Shown: positions 9,934 to 20,192, numbered from the stretch's first letter. The stretch is DNA of 64,000 nucleotides from Kiritimatiellia bacterium (GCA_035353175.1 DAOPZC010000015.1:7928-71927); one strand, 5' to 3'. Made by a program: numbers and translations. Notes: generated by a model not told the origin, from the letters alone.

Positions 9934-11436
9934 GTGAACGAGAAGAATCAAATAACGGCAGCGGTGCGGACGGCGGGTCGACAGGCCTTAAAGGCCTCGG
10001 CGCTGCTGGCCATCGGCTTGGGGGCCGTCCTGACGGTTCTGGCGGTCGCGCTGGCCTGCCGTCTCGATCTCACGTGGGAGGTTCCCGTCGGCAAGGTCAT
10101 GCAGGTTTCCGCGCGGACACGTGACGTGCTGGCCGATACCCAGGGTTCGATCCGCGTTTCCTGTTTCATGGACCGGCGGCATCCGATGTTTCGGCCGGTG
10201 TCCCGCCTGCTGCGCGGATTGCGGCAGGCCTCGCGCAGCGTGGCCGGTGCCGAGATGGTGATCGAGTATGTGGATCCGCGCTGGGACTTGACCCGGGCGG
10301 GACAGCTCGCGTCGTACGGGGTGCCGGAGAACGCGCTGCTGTTCGAACGGCAGCGGCGTCGCATCGTGGTGACGTTGGACGAGATGCTGGCACGGCGGTC
10401 GCTGTTGCGGACCCAAGAGACGGCGCAATCGCATGATGACAAGGCGGGTTTGGGCGTTTTCCGCGGCGAGATGGTGTGCGCCGCAGCGATCTCCCGGCTG
10501 ACGCTGCCGTACGAGCGGTCGGTGATCTACTGGCTGCAGGGACACGGCGAGGTGCGGTTCGACAATTACGATGAGCTGCGGGGCTTTTCCGATATCGCGC
10601 GCGAGATCACGCGCGACGGGTTTGAAATCAAGGCGCTCGCGCTGCCGGGGTTGGGCCGGATTCCGGACGACTGTCACGTGCTGGTGATCGCGGGTGCGCG
10701 CTATGCGCTGAAGGCTGAAGAGCTGGGGCTGCTGGACGCGTTTCTGCAGCGCGGTGGTCGCCTGCTCTATCTGGTTTCGCCGCGCGTCAAGATCGGCGTG
10801 GAAGGGCTGCTGGAGAAATGGGGCATCAGGCTGACGCCGTTCATCGCCGCAAGCACGCGGACGCTCTCCGGCCATGAGGTGGTGGTGACGACCTTCGCGG
10901 ACCATGTCATTACGCGCAATCTCAACAACGCGTCGGTCGTGTTCGGCTATGCGACCTGCATTGCGGCGGTGACCGCCCCCGCGGCGGGCGCGGATCGCCC
11001 GAAGGTTACGCTGTTGGCTCAGACCGATGAGGCGGGGTGGGGCGAATCTGACCCCGACGTTTTTCCCCGTACGTTCGACGCGCAGTCGGAGCTTCACGGG
11101 CCTGTCGCGGTGGCCGCCGTTTCCGAGCGCGGCGGCGATGTTGCCAAGGACGTGGCGTTCAAGCCCACGCGCGTATGCGTGATGGGCGAGACCGATTTCG
11201 TGATGAATGGCGCGCTGGCCTCACGCGCGAACGCCAACCGCGATTTCTTCATGAATGCGGTCGCATGGTTGGCCGGGATCGATACGGGAACGGCTCCCTC
11301 CCTGGGGGGGGACGCCACTTTGGTGACGGGGTTCGCGCGCCACCAGTGGATCGTTTTCATGGTCTGGTCGGCCGTCGTCGTGCCTGCGTGTGTGTTTCTG
11401 TTGTTTTGCCTGGCCTCGCTGCGCGCGCGGCAATAA
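9934..11436 (+). CDS. GldG-like ABC-transporter auxiliary protein
   Basis: It has N- and C-terminal TM anchors around a large soluble domain. The YWLQGHGE motif is typical of the GldG/ABC_transp_aux family. The start is GTG, 4 nt after the permease stop. Confidence 0.65.
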   Translation: MNEKNQITAAVRTAGRQALKASALLAIGLGAVLTVLAVALACRLDLTWEVPVGKVMQVSARTRDVLADTQGSIRVSCFMDRRHPMFRPVSRLLRGLRQASRSVAGAEMVIEYVDPRWDLTRAGQLASYGVPENALLFERQRRRIVVTLDEMLARRSLLRTQETAQSHDDKAGLGVFRGEMVCAAAISRLTLPYERSVIYWLQGHGEVRFDNYDELRGFSDIAREITRDGFEIKALALPGLGRIPDDCHVLVIAGARYALKAEELGLLDAFLQRGGRLLYLVSPRVKIGVEGLLEKWGIRLTPFIAASTRTLSGHEVVVTTFADHVITRNLNNASVVFGYATCIAAVTAPAAGADRPKVTLLAQTDEAGWGESDPDVFPRTFDAQSELHGPVAVAAVSERGGDVAKDVAFKPTRVCVMGETDFVMNGALASRANANRDFFMNAVAWLAGIDTGTAPSLGGDATLVTGFARHQWIVFMVWSAVVVPACVFLLFCLASLRARQ

Positions 11437-11445
11437 GAAGCGGTT

Positions 11446-13290
11446 ATGGGAAATCGTCGGATCATTTTGATACTGTTGAGCGGGATCGTCCTGTGCGCCC
11501 TGCTTTTGTGGGGCTTGCAGCGGCGTGTGCGTTTTTTTCCTGCCGAGAACAAGGCGAAGACCATTCTGCTCGAACACGTGTTGGAGGACGTGGACCTCGT
11601 GACCGTCGAGCGGGGGGACACCCGCATTGGGCTGCGGCGCGAAGACGGCCGCTGGAGCATGGTGGCGCCCTTTTACGCGCAGGTCGATCAAGGGGCGGCA
11701 TCGCGGCTGCTGGACGTTTTCGAGTCGGCGCGCGTCAAAGATGCCCTGCCGTTCCAGGAGCTGCGCAAACGCGAATTGTCGCTCAAGGAGTTCGGTCTTG
11801 CTCCCGCCCACACGCACGTGGTGTTGGAAGGGGGGCGGCTGCGTGACGAGTTTCACTTCGGCGCGCTCACGCCGCTCGGCGCCGAAATTTACGTGCGCAT
11901 GAATCAGGCCGACCAGGTCTTGGTCGTCCCGGCTTCGGTATACGATGCGATTCCGCGGACCGCAGATGATCTGCGCTCGCGTAAACTGGTGCACGGGGAC
12001 CGCGCGGCGGTCCGGACGCTTGAAGTGCGGATTCCGGGGCGGCCTTTCATCAAGCTCGCGAAAGATTCCGGGACGTGGCGGCTGGTCCAGCCGACGTCGG
12101 CACCGGCTTCGGATGAGAAGGTTGATGCTTTGCTCGATGCGCTGTATGAGGCCCGCGTCTCGCGTTTCATCTGGCCTACGGTTTCGAATGTGATGGATGT
12201 GGCCGAGACGGAGTCGGCATTTAAGACGCGCATGGGGCTGTACGGCCTGGGGGCGGATACGGGATCTCAGATCCAACTCCAGGAGACCGGCCCCGGAGCG
12301 CCTGCGAAGGTCGTTTTTGGCCATTTCCTCGATGAGGCCGCGGGTCTGACCTATGTCTTGCTGCAGGGCGGCGACGCGATCGGCGCGGTTTCGAATGACG
12401 TGTTCAAAGCGTTTCAGGTGTCGCCCTCGGAACTGCGTGACACCCGCCTGTTTTACGAACTGCCGTCGAATGTGCGCCGTTTCCAAGTCTATTTCGGCGA
12501 CGCGCTGTTTGTGTTGACACAGACGAACGCCCTGTGGCGGATGGAAACGCCGATTGCGGACGTGGCGGACCAGGGCGTTGCGCAGGAGACGCTGGAGAAG
12601 TTGCTCCAGCTGAATGCGATCTCGATGGACGACGACAGCGCGAGCGAGATCCGGCGCGTCAGCAATGAACAGAATCTGCCGATCAGCCACGTGGAGGTTT
12701 TCTCCGAGCAAGCCTCGTGGCGTTTTTCGATCGCGCCGGACGACATCGAGGGCAAGTTCTTGCGCGTGACGTTCACAAACGCGCCGACGGTGTTCCGCGT
12801 GGCGAGCAGCAACGTGCCGCCTGCGCTGGTCAGCATGATCGGGCTGTTGAGTTTGCGCGATAAGACGGTTTTGGCCCTGCCTGCCTCCAGCCTGAGGCGG
12901 ATCACGCTCAAGCGCGCCGGCGTCGCGGCCGCCGAAACCGTCGAGCGCCAGAAAAACGACACGATTTGGCATCTGGGAGAGGGCATGACAGGAAAAATCG
13001 CGCCCGCAAGGCTGGACGCGCTGGTCATGCGGCTGGGAAAACTCAAGGCGGACCGGATTGAAGGTCTTGGCGTGGCGTTGGATAACGGCGACGCGTACGG
13101 TCTCCATCAGCCGTGGCTGGAGGTGATCGTCGATGTGGAGGCGGACGACGCGGTCCGTAAAACGTTGCTGATCGGAAAAGAGATCGGGTTCGGCAAACGG
13201 TATGCCATGGTCCGCGGATTGGACGTGCTGTTCGTTTTGGGCAAAGAAGAACTGCTGGTGTTGGCCGAGCGCTTGGTGGATCCGTTGTGA
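11446..13290 (+). CDS. DUF4340-like protein that commonly follows GldG-type genes
   Basis: It has an N-terminal TM helix (IILILLSGIVLCALLLWGL) and a repetitive beta-rich body. It starts 9 nt after the GldG-like gene. The family call rests mostly on context. Confidence 0.5.
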   Translation: MGNRRIILILLSGIVLCALLLWGLQRRVRFFPAENKAKTILLEHVLEDVDLVTVERGDTRIGLRREDGRWSMVAPFYAQVDQGAASRLLDVFESARVKDALPFQELRKRELSLKEFGLAPAHTHVVLEGGRLRDEFHFGALTPLGAEIYVRMNQADQVLVVPASVYDAIPRTADDLRSRKLVHGDRAAVRTLEVRIPGRPFIKLAKDSGTWRLVQPTSAPASDEKVDALLDALYEARVSRFIWPTVSNVMDVAETESAFKTRMGLYGLGADTGSQIQLQETGPGAPAKVVFGHFLDEAAGLTYVLLQGGDAIGAVSNDVFKAFQVSPSELRDTRLFYELPSNVRRFQVYFGDALFVLTQTNALWRMETPIADVADQGVAQETLEKLLQLNAISMDDDSASEIRRVSNEQNLPISHVEVFSEQASWRFSIAPDDIEGKFLRVTFTNAPTVFRVASSNVPPALVSMIGLLSLRDKTVLALPASSLRRITLKRAGVAAAETVERQKNDTIWHLGEGMTGKIAPARLDALVMRLGKLKADRIEGLGVALDNGDAYGLHQPWLEVIVDVEADDAVRKTLLIGKEIGFGKRYAMVRGLDVLFVLGKEELLVLAERLVDPL

Positions 13291-13359
13291 CCGATGCGGC
13301 CCCGTTCGCCGTTGTCCGTCCCTTTGTTTCATTTGTCCGAATAAGATCGGAGGCCGACG

Positions 13360-15258
13360 ATGTCTGCTCTTTCGCGAAGGACGTTTGTGAAGCGGTGCGC
13401 GGGCTCGATGGCGGCGTTGCCGCTGGGGGGCCGGGCCGCAGGAAAGCCGTCTCCGCCGCGGCCGAATATCCTGTGCCTCGTGAGCGAGGACAACGGCCCG
13501 CTGCTCGGCTGTTACGGCGACCCGCTGGCGCGCACGCCGAACCTGGACGGGCTGGCCAGGAAAGGCGTCGTCTTCGAGAGCTGCTACGCCATGCCGGTGT
13601 GCGCTCCGTCGCGGTTCACGCTGATTTCGGGGATGTATCCCGCGACCTGCGGTCCGGCCCACAACATGCGCGCGGCGGGTAAGATCCCCCCGTGGCTCAA
13701 GGCGTTCCCCGCTTATCTGCGCCAAGCCGGATACTACACCACCAACAATTCGAAGACCGACTATAACGCGCCTTTCGATGTCCGGGAGGCGTGGAACGTA
13801 TGCGGCAAAAAAGGGGAGTGGCGGGACCGGCCCTCGCCGGAAACGCCGTTCTTCAGCGTCTACAACCACGAGATGACGCACGAAAGCTGCCTTTTCCCTA
13901 ACGACAAGCGTGCCCCCCGCATGTCTCCGACTGATCCGGCCCGGGTGCGCGTGCGGCTATACCAACCGGACACTCCCGAAATCCGAGCGGACCTTGCCCG
14001 CCAGTACGACTGCATCGCCGAAATGGACCGGCAGTGCGGCGAGAAGCTCACGGCGCTGGAGGCGGCGGGATTGGCAGACGACACGATCGTGTTCTACTAC
14101 GGGGACAACGGCGGCGTCTCGCCGCGCAGCAAGCGGTTCCTTCACGAAAGCGGAACGCATGTGCCGCTGATCGTCTACGTTCCGCCGAAGTGGCGTCACC
14201 TCGCTCCCGCCTCGCCGGGTGCGCGGATCGCCTCGCCGGTGCATTTCGTCGATTTCGCGGCGACCCTGCTGGCGATGGCGGGTGTGCGGCGCCCCGCTTA
14301 TCTGCAAGGGATCCCCTTTGCGGGCGATCCCGAGGCAAAGCCGCGCACCTATGCGTTCTGTAGCCGCGACCGCATGGACGAGCGGTACGACATGGTGCGT
14401 TCGGTGACGGACGGGCGGTGGCTCTATATCCGCAATTTCCGCCCCGAAATCCCTTATGTCGAGCCGCTCAGTTACATGTTTCGGGCACGCGGCTATCAAT
14501 CCTGGGCTAAACTGGCGGAGCAGGGGAAACTCACGCCCGCGACCGCGATGTTTTGGGGCCGGAAACCGGCCGACGAACTTTACGACATCAAGGCCGATCC
14601 CGACAACGTCGTGAATCTGGCGGACCGGCCAGAACAGGCCGGCCGGCTCGCCGCCATGCGGCAGGCGCTGGCAGCGCAGATGATTGAGAACCGCGACAAC
14701 GGACTGTTGCCGGAAGGCTGCGAACTGGAAGGGTACGAGGCCTCGCGCCGTCCCGGTGCCTGGCCGGTGGAACGCGTGTTGGCCACGGCGCTGCTGGCGT
14801 CGGATCAGCGGGCGGAGAACCTGGGCGCCCTGTGCCGGGCCGCCGGCGATGAGTCCATGCCCGTGCGCTGGTGGGCCGCGACCGGCTTGGCTATTCTTGA
14901 GAAACGTGCGGCCGATGCGGCGCCGGTGCTGGAGAAGCTGCTGGGCGACCCGTCGGGCTTCGTGCGCGTGGCGGCGGCCGACGCGCTGGCGCGGCAGGGC
15001 CGGATCGAACGCGCGTTGCCGGCGCTGGCGCAGGCGATGCAGGACCTCGGCTCACCGTGGTGCTCGCTGCAGGCCTGCAACGCGCTGGACCGTTTGGGCG
15101 AGGCGGCGCGTCCGCTGCTGCCTTCGATCCAAGCGTTTGCCAAGCGGGTGGCGCAGGACGAAAGCTTCTCCTCGCCGCAGGCTTACCCGCGCCGCATCCT
15201 CGGTCATCTGCTGGACGTGCTCGAAGGCCGCGCCCAACCGCTGGCCGGGCAAGGGTGA
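13360..15258 (+). CDS. TAT-exported Cys-type sulfatase fused to C-terminal HEAT repeats
   Basis: It has the twin-arginine signal SRRTFVKRCAGSMAALPL, the formylglycine motif CAPSRFTLISG, and the GDNGG and HVPLIV sulfatase motifs. The last ~170 aa are HEAT/PBS-lyase-like (VRWWAATGLAIL, DPSGFVRVAAADALAR). Confidence 0.85.
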   Translation: MSALSRRTFVKRCAGSMAALPLGGRAAGKPSPPRPNILCLVSEDNGPLLGCYGDPLARTPNLDGLARKGVVFESCYAMPVCAPSRFTLISGMYPATCGPAHNMRAAGKIPPWLKAFPAYLRQAGYYTTNNSKTDYNAPFDVREAWNVCGKKGEWRDRPSPETPFFSVYNHEMTHESCLFPNDKRAPRMSPTDPARVRVRLYQPDTPEIRADLARQYDCIAEMDRQCGEKLTALEAAGLADDTIVFYYGDNGGVSPRSKRFLHESGTHVPLIVYVPPKWRHLAPASPGARIASPVHFVDFAATLLAMAGVRRPAYLQGIPFAGDPEAKPRTYAFCSRDRMDERYDMVRSVTDGRWLYIRNFRPEIPYVEPLSYMFRARGYQSWAKLAEQGKLTPATAMFWGRKPADELYDIKADPDNVVNLADRPEQAGRLAAMRQALAAQMIENRDNGLLPEGCELEGYEASRRPGAWPVERVLATALLASDQRAENLGALCRAAGDESMPVRWWAATGLAILEKRAADAAPVLEKLLGDPSGFVRVAAADALARQGRIERALPALAQAMQDLGSPWCSLQACNALDRLGEAARPLLPSIQAFAKRVAQDESFSSPQAYPRRILGHLLDVLEGRAQPLAGQG

Positions 15259-15368
15259 CGGCAGGATGTAACCCGCCGCCCGCATGCCGCTTCTTATCGC
15301 GAGGACAAGGGAGGTGCCCAGCACTTTCTTGATCAGCTCGACCAAATCCTGTTTTGACGCGCTCGAAG

Positions 15369-18300
15369 CTACTGCGCGTAGACTTCGAGCTCGCCGAGCT
15401 GGGCGGCGTTCGGGTAGGCGGGATTGGCGTTTGCGCGGAACACGAAGCGCACGGTGTCCGTCTCCACGGGCGCGAAGGTGACGTTTGCGGCCTGCGCCGT
15501 GCCGTTCTTATCGGTCGTGAAGACGGTCTTGTAGGCGTCGCCCTGTTTCACTTGAACGTCGAACGCGGTCGCATAGCCGCCGGGATCGGCGAAGCGCGCG
15601 ATCACGCGGCCGACTTTGGCGGGCTTGGCGAGTTTCACTTCGGCCCAGTGCGGCATGGCCGTGAGCGCCGAGTGCCAGCGCGTGGCGGCGATGCCGGAGT
15701 GGGATGCCGGCACGCCGTCGTTGAGCTTGGCGGTGCAGCCTTTGTAGCCGCCGAGCTCGCTGTCGGAAGAGGCTTTTGCGCCGCGCTTGGCGAGCGCGAG
15801 GTTATCGCCGTAGGAGGCCTCCGCCGAAACGGAGGGCGTGAAGGCTTTGAACGCGGCGCGGCGCTCGCCGTCGGGAACCCATTCGGTCATGCGGTTCTCG
15901 AAGAGCACGGGACCGCCCCATTTGCCGGTGGTGACGAGGTCGATGTCGCCGTCGCCGTCCATGTCTTCAGCCACGGTGTTGAGGCCCGCGCCGATGCCTT
16001 CGTCGTACGTAATCACGTGCTTGCGGAAGACGGGGTTTGCGCCCGGCGTGAAGCGGTAGTAGAAGACGCACTGCTTGCCGAGTTCGTCGGGGTCGCCGCC
16101 GTTGTGGGCCATGAACCGCTTGCCGATCACGATCTCTTTGTTCCCGTCCTTGTCGATGTCGGCGAAGCAGAGGTAGTGGGGCTGCGACCAGGTGTCGTCG
16201 ATGACGTGCGGCGCCCAGGCGATCGCGCCGGCGGCGTCCCGTTTCTGCTCGTACCAGAAGATGCCGTACTTGTGGGCGGTGCTGACGAGGATGTCGTTGA
16301 GCCCGTCTTTGTTCACGTCGAACACGATGATGTTGGACGTGTGATCGACCTTGCCGTCTTTGGTGCCGAGCGCGATGGGGTGTTCGGTCCACGCCCCGTT
16401 GCGGATGTCTTTGGGCGCTTCGAACCAGACGTCGGGCCGGATGATGTCCGGACGTCCATCGCCGTTGAGGTCGCCGCTGCCCGCGCCGAGGACGTTCTTT
16501 TTCTCGGAAACGGTATGGCGCACCAGCGTGGGCTCGCCGTTGGTGCCTTTGCCGACCTCGTACCAGACGGTGATGTGCGACTGCGGCAGAAACTCGAGCG
16601 CTTTGCCGTCGCCGTCGATGTCCTCGAGCGTGCCGGTCTCGTGGTTGCCGAGTGGGTCGATCGTGTGGACGGGCCACAAGCCGTTGTTCTTGCCACAGGT
16701 GTTCTCGAACCAGAACGAGGTCTTGCTGAACCAGCCGCCGGAGACGATGTCGGGCTTGCCGTCCTTGTTCACGTCGAGAACGAGGTTGCAGAAGTCGTCG
16801 GCGTAGCCTTTGCCGTCGTCGGTGACCGTGGTGCTGACCTCGCGGATCTGCACGGGCTTCCAGTCGGGCGCGAGATAGAGGTAGGGACCGGCCGCGATGT
16901 CGGGTTTGCCGTCGCCGTTGAAGTCGGCGACCGCGCAGGCCTCGGAGCGGTGGGCGTTGAGACGGTGGGGGACAAACGTGAGCGGCGTCAGCAGGCTGCC
17001 GGGCGCGCTGTCGGGCACGTCGACGGGCGTGTGGAGCGCGACCGCTTTGAGCGCCTTCAGCGCCTCGCCCCTGAGGGCTGCGTCGGCGAGTTGCGCGGTG
17101 AGGAAGGCGACGGCTTCCGGCGTCGGCACCGTGCCCCATGCGGCGGCGAGTTGCTGTTTCTCCTCGGCGCGCGTGGCGAGCGCAGCGGCCGCTTTGAGCA
17201 TGGCGGCGCGCCGGGCCAAATCGGGCTCTTTGCCGGCGAGACGGATGAAGCCGCGCAGGGCCACAACGCGCAGGCTGTTCTTCGGGTGAGTCTTCGCCTG
17301 CTCCAGCAGGGCCGTGGCCGCGGCGGGGGCGCTCCAGTTGGCGAGCACGCGCACGGCGTCGTCCGCCACCTCGCCGTCCGTGTCTTTCAGGGCACCCTGG
17401 ACGAGCGGCAAGCCGTCGGCGTGACCGGCGATGCCGAGCGCTTGCAGCAGGGCGCGGCGGAGCGCCGCGTCGGCGGCCGCGAAGAGGGGGGCGATGGCCT
17501 TGGTGGCGACCTCGGGATATTTCCGAGAGCAGGCGAAAAGGGCTTTCTCCGCGGCGCGCTTCTCGCGGTCGTCGGTGGCTTTGCAGACGGCTGCGAACAG
17601 CTCGGGAACCTGCTTCTCCGTCGCCAATTCGGTGAGGGCCTGGAAGGCGGCCGTGCGTACGGCGGGCGCGGCGTCGGTTAGGCAAGAGACCAGCTTCGGC
17701 GCGGCTTTTTCGGACTTGCGGAAGGTGATGATTCCGAGCAGGCGGGTGAGCGCTTCGGCGTTGGCCGGACGTTTGGCGAGCGCCTTCACGAGGCGGGCGT
17801 CAGTCGCGGAATCGGGAAGCTTGATGAGGCTCATGCGGGCGGCATCGGCGAGCGCGGGATCAGTGTGGCCGAGCAGGGCGATCAGCGCCGGCGCGTCGTC
17901 GGCGACGCCGAGGTCGCCGATGCCGGCAATGGCGACCAGACGCGCGGTCGTGTCGGCTTCGTTTGCCATGGCGGCGCGCACCAGCGGAGCCCCCGCGCGC
18001 TTCTTCGCATGCACCAGCGCGCTGACGAGTGCGAGACGCCCCTCAGCGGGCAGTGACCTCATCAGCTTCTCGCCTTGTTTATTCAGGACCTTGTCGGGCA
18101 GTTGCGCGGTGAGGCGGGCGGCCGTGCCGCGCCAAACCGGGGATGCGTTGCCGAGGCCTTCGGGGAGCAAGGCGGCCGCGTTGTCTCCATCGGCCTGGAT
18201 CAGGCCGCAGAAAGCGGCCAGGCGGAGGTGGTCGGGGAGTGTGGAGCGGTAGAGACGCGCGTAGAGGCCGGAGGCTTGCGAGAGCGCTTTGCGTGCCGCG

Positions 18301-18809
18301 AGCGTCTCGGCGGCGGAAAGCGTGGCGTCCGCGGTGGCGGCGTCGAGCGGCGAGGCTTCGAGGGCCGCGAGCGCGCCGGGCGTGGCGATGCGCCCCAGAT
18401 AAGTGAGGGCAGCTGAACGGACCGGTTCGGGTTTGGCGAGGTGCGCGATGGCCTGGGCCTCTGCGGCCGCGTCGCCGCGTCGCGCCAGAGCGCCGAACAG
18501 GCCGGCTTGCTCGCGGCCCGAGGTCGTGGCGAGCGCCGCGCGCAAGGCGGCGTCGGCCGCGGGAAGGCGCAGGGCTTCGAGCAGGAAGCAGGCGTTGTCA
18601 AAGGTCTCGGCCTGCGCGAGCTGTGCCGCGAGCAGCGGAATGGCGTCGGGCGTGGCGGTGGCGAGCAACGTCTGGCGGGCGGCGTCGCGTTCGGCGGGCG
18701 AGCCTGAGGCGAGCTGCCGGAGCAGCGCGGCCTCGTCGGCGAAGAGGGGATGAATGAAAAAGGCGGACAACAGGCAGAGGGCTGAAAGTGACGATGTGTG
18801 TGTACGCAT
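15369..18809 (-). CDS. Secreted multidomain protein: N-terminal HEAT repeats, seven FG-GAP/VCBS repeats (beta-propeller), C-terminal F5/8 type C (discoidin) domain
   Basis: The likely start is ATG 18809 (MRTHTSSLSALCLLSAFFIHPLFA, a signal peptide). FG-GAP calcium loops are visible: DFNGDGKPD, DVNKDGKPD, DIDGDGK, DLNGDGRPD, DVNKDGLND, DIDKDGNKE, DMDGDGDID. The discoidin-like tail is WHSA...WAEVKL...FVFR...ELEVYAQ. Confidence 0.8.
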   Translation of the reverse strand: MRTHTSSLSALCLLSAFFIHPLFADEAALLRQLASGSPAERDAARQTLLATATPDAIPLLAAQLAQAETFDNACFLLEALRLPAADAALRAALATTSGREQAGLFGALARRGDAAAEAQAIAHLAKPEPVRSAALTYLGRIATPGALAALEASPLDAATADATLSAAETLAARKALSQASGLYARLYRSTLPDHLRLAAFCGLIQADGDNAAALLPEGLGNASPVWRGTAARLTAQLPDKVLNKQGEKLMRSLPAEGRLALVSALVHAKKRAGAPLVRAAMANEADTTARLVAIAGIGDLGVADDAPALIALLGHTDPALADAARMSLIKLPDSATDARLVKALAKRPANAEALTRLLGIITFRKSEKAAPKLVSCLTDAAPAVRTAAFQALTELATEKQVPELFAAVCKATDDREKRAAEKALFACSRKYPEVATKAIAPLFAAADAALRRALLQALGIAGHADGLPLVQGALKDTDGEVADDAVRVLANWSAPAAATALLEQAKTHPKNSLRVVALRGFIRLAGKEPDLARRAAMLKAAAALATRAEEKQQLAAAWGTVPTPEAVAFLTAQLADAALRGEALKALKAVALHTPVDVPDSAPGSLLTPLTFVPHRLNAHRSEACAVADFNGDGKPDIAAGPYLYLAPDWKPVQIREVSTTVTDDGKGYADDFCNLVLDVNKDGKPDIVSGGWFSKTSFWFENTCGKNNGLWPVHTIDPLGNHETGTLEDIDGDGKALEFLPQSHITVWYEVGKGTNGEPTLVRHTVSEKKNVLGAGSGDLNGDGRPDIIRPDVWFEAPKDIRNGAWTEHPIALGTKDGKVDHTSNIIVFDVNKDGLNDILVSTAHKYGIFWYEQKRDAAGAIAWAPHVIDDTWSQPHYLCFADIDKDGNKEIVIGKRFMAHNGGDPDELGKQCVFYYRFTPGANPVFRKHVITYDEGIGAGLNTVAEDMDGDGDIDLVTTGKWGGPVLFENRMTEWVPDGERRAAFKAFTPSVSAEASYGDNLALAKRGAKASSDSELGGYKGCTAKLNDGVPASHSGIAATRWHSALTAMPHWAEVKLAKPAKVGRVIARFADPGGYATAFDVQVKQGDAYKTVFTTDKNGTAQAANVTFAPVETDTVRFVFRANANPAYPNAAQLGELEVYAQ

Positions 18810-18941
18810 GGAAGAGCCTCGATTTAGGAACAAGTGAAGGTGACCGGCATGCGGAAGACGTGTGTCGTGCGCGCTCCCCGAACGCGCCGTGAACGGCTCG
18901 GTAGGCCGTCCTTCCTGACAGGGAGGTGTCGTGCTCATTTG

Positions 18942-20192
18942 TCAGAGGGTCCAGGGCGCGCGGTTGGAGCGGTTGATGAGGCGGTTGGCCTCGTCGTCGC
19001 TGGCGAAGGCCAGCGTCGCGGGGTCGAAGGCGAGCTCGCGGTTGAGGTGATAGGCGATCGTGGCCGCATGGCAGGCGACATGCGTGAAGTGTAACGCATC
19101 CGCGGGCGCGGTCGGCGTCTGGCGCGACTTCACGCAGGCGATGAATTCGGCGGGGTGCGCCACGGGGCGCATCCAGCTCTCGGTCTGGATTTTGCGGTTC
19201 TCGAGCAGCGCCGGGGATGACACTTGGATATCGCCCGAGTCGTCGGTCTCCACCCAGCCTTCGTCGCCTTCGAAGCGGACGGCGCAGGAATTGCGGAAGC
19301 CCTTCTGCCGCAGGACGAGCTTGACTCCGTCGGCGTAGTGGGCGGTCATGGCGGTGGCGTCGCCGGGCGTGTAGCGCACGGGCGCAGTGCGTTCGCGGCC
19401 GAGTACGAGCTGGCACAGGTCGATGGTATGGCTGCCCCATTCGGTGAGGTCGCCGTGGTAATCGTATTCGCCGTGCCAACCCTTGATGTACGCGGCGTTG
19501 AACGGGCGCCACGGCGTGGGGCCCAGCCACATGTTCCAGTCGAGCGAGTCGGGGTCCGGCGCGGCTTCGGCGGGCAGGAAATGGTTGGCCGCGGAGCGGC
19601 CCATGCCGGCCATGCCCGCGTGCAGCGTGTGGAGTCGGCCGAGTCGCCCGCTCGTGGCAAGCGACATGGCCGTGACGAAATTGCCGACGTTGCGGCGCTG
19701 CACGCCGCCCTGGTAGATGCGACGGTAACGGTTCGCGGCCGCGACGACCGCCTCGCCTTCGCGCATGGAGAGGGAAATGGGCTTCTCGCAATAGACGTCT
19801 TTGCCGGCTTGCATGGCGAGGATGGCGAGGCGGGCGTGCCAGCGGTCGCCGGTCGCGATGTAGAGCGCGTCGATGTCGGGACGCGCCAGCAGGTCGCGGA
19901 AATCGCGGAAGGCGGTGCAGTCCCTGTTGCCGTAGAACGCATCGGCCGTGGCTTTGGCGCGTTCGCGGCGTTCGCGGTTGACATCGCAGACCGCGAGAAT
20001 ACGCGTGTCGGCGAGGTTCATGAAAACCGGAAGCAGTTGGGTGGCGCGTCCGCCGTTGCCGATGAAGCCCATGGTGACGGTGTTGGACGGCTTGGCGGCT
20101 TCCGCCCCGCTTGCGCGGCAACCGACTGCGGCGGCCGAGAAAGCGGCGGCACGGAACAGAAAACCCCGGCGTCCGATGCGACTGGCATTCAT
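18942..20192 (-). CDS. TAT-exported Gfo/Idh/MocA-family oxidoreductase
   Basis: It has the twin-arginine signal SRIGRRGFLFRAAAFSAAAV. A Rossmann N-terminus (MGFIGNGGRA) and the EKP motif (YCEKPISL) are typical of the family. Confidence 0.8.
   Translation of the reverse strand: MNASRIGRRGFLFRAAAFSAAAVGCRASGAEAAKPSNTVTMGFIGNGGRATQLLPVFMNLADTRILAVCDVNRERRERAKATADAFYGNRDCTAFRDFRDLLARPDIDALYIATGDRWHARLAILAMQAGKDVYCEKPISLSMREGEAVVAAANRYRRIYQGGVQRRNVGNFVTAMSLATSGRLGRLHTLHAGMAGMGRSAANHFLPAEAAPDPDSLDWNMWLGPTPWRPFNAAYIKGWHGEYDYHGDLTEWGSHTIDLCQLVLGRERTAPVRYTPGDATAMTAHYADGVKLVLRQKGFRNSCAVRFEGDEGWVETDDSGDIQVSSPALLENRKIQTESWMRPVAHPAEFIACVKSRQTPTAPADALHFTHVACHAATIAYHLNRELAFDPATLAFASDDEANRLINRSNRAPWTL

Noticed and set aside
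11221-13881. An 886-aa minus-strand ORF, the third-longest minus-strand ORF in the track
   Set aside because: It is antisense to the well-supported DUF4340-like and sulfatase genes. The translation is Arg/Pro/His/Gln-rich low complexity with no motifs. This is the typical stop-free antisense frame of high-GC DNA.
15354-17681. A 775-aa plus-strand ORF, plus the 572-aa minus-strand alternative frame at 15967-17685
   Set aside because: Both overlap the HEAT/FG-GAP/discoidin gene, whose frame carries seven clean FG-GAP calcium loops. The alternatives are Gly/Arg/Val or Arg/Pro low complexity.
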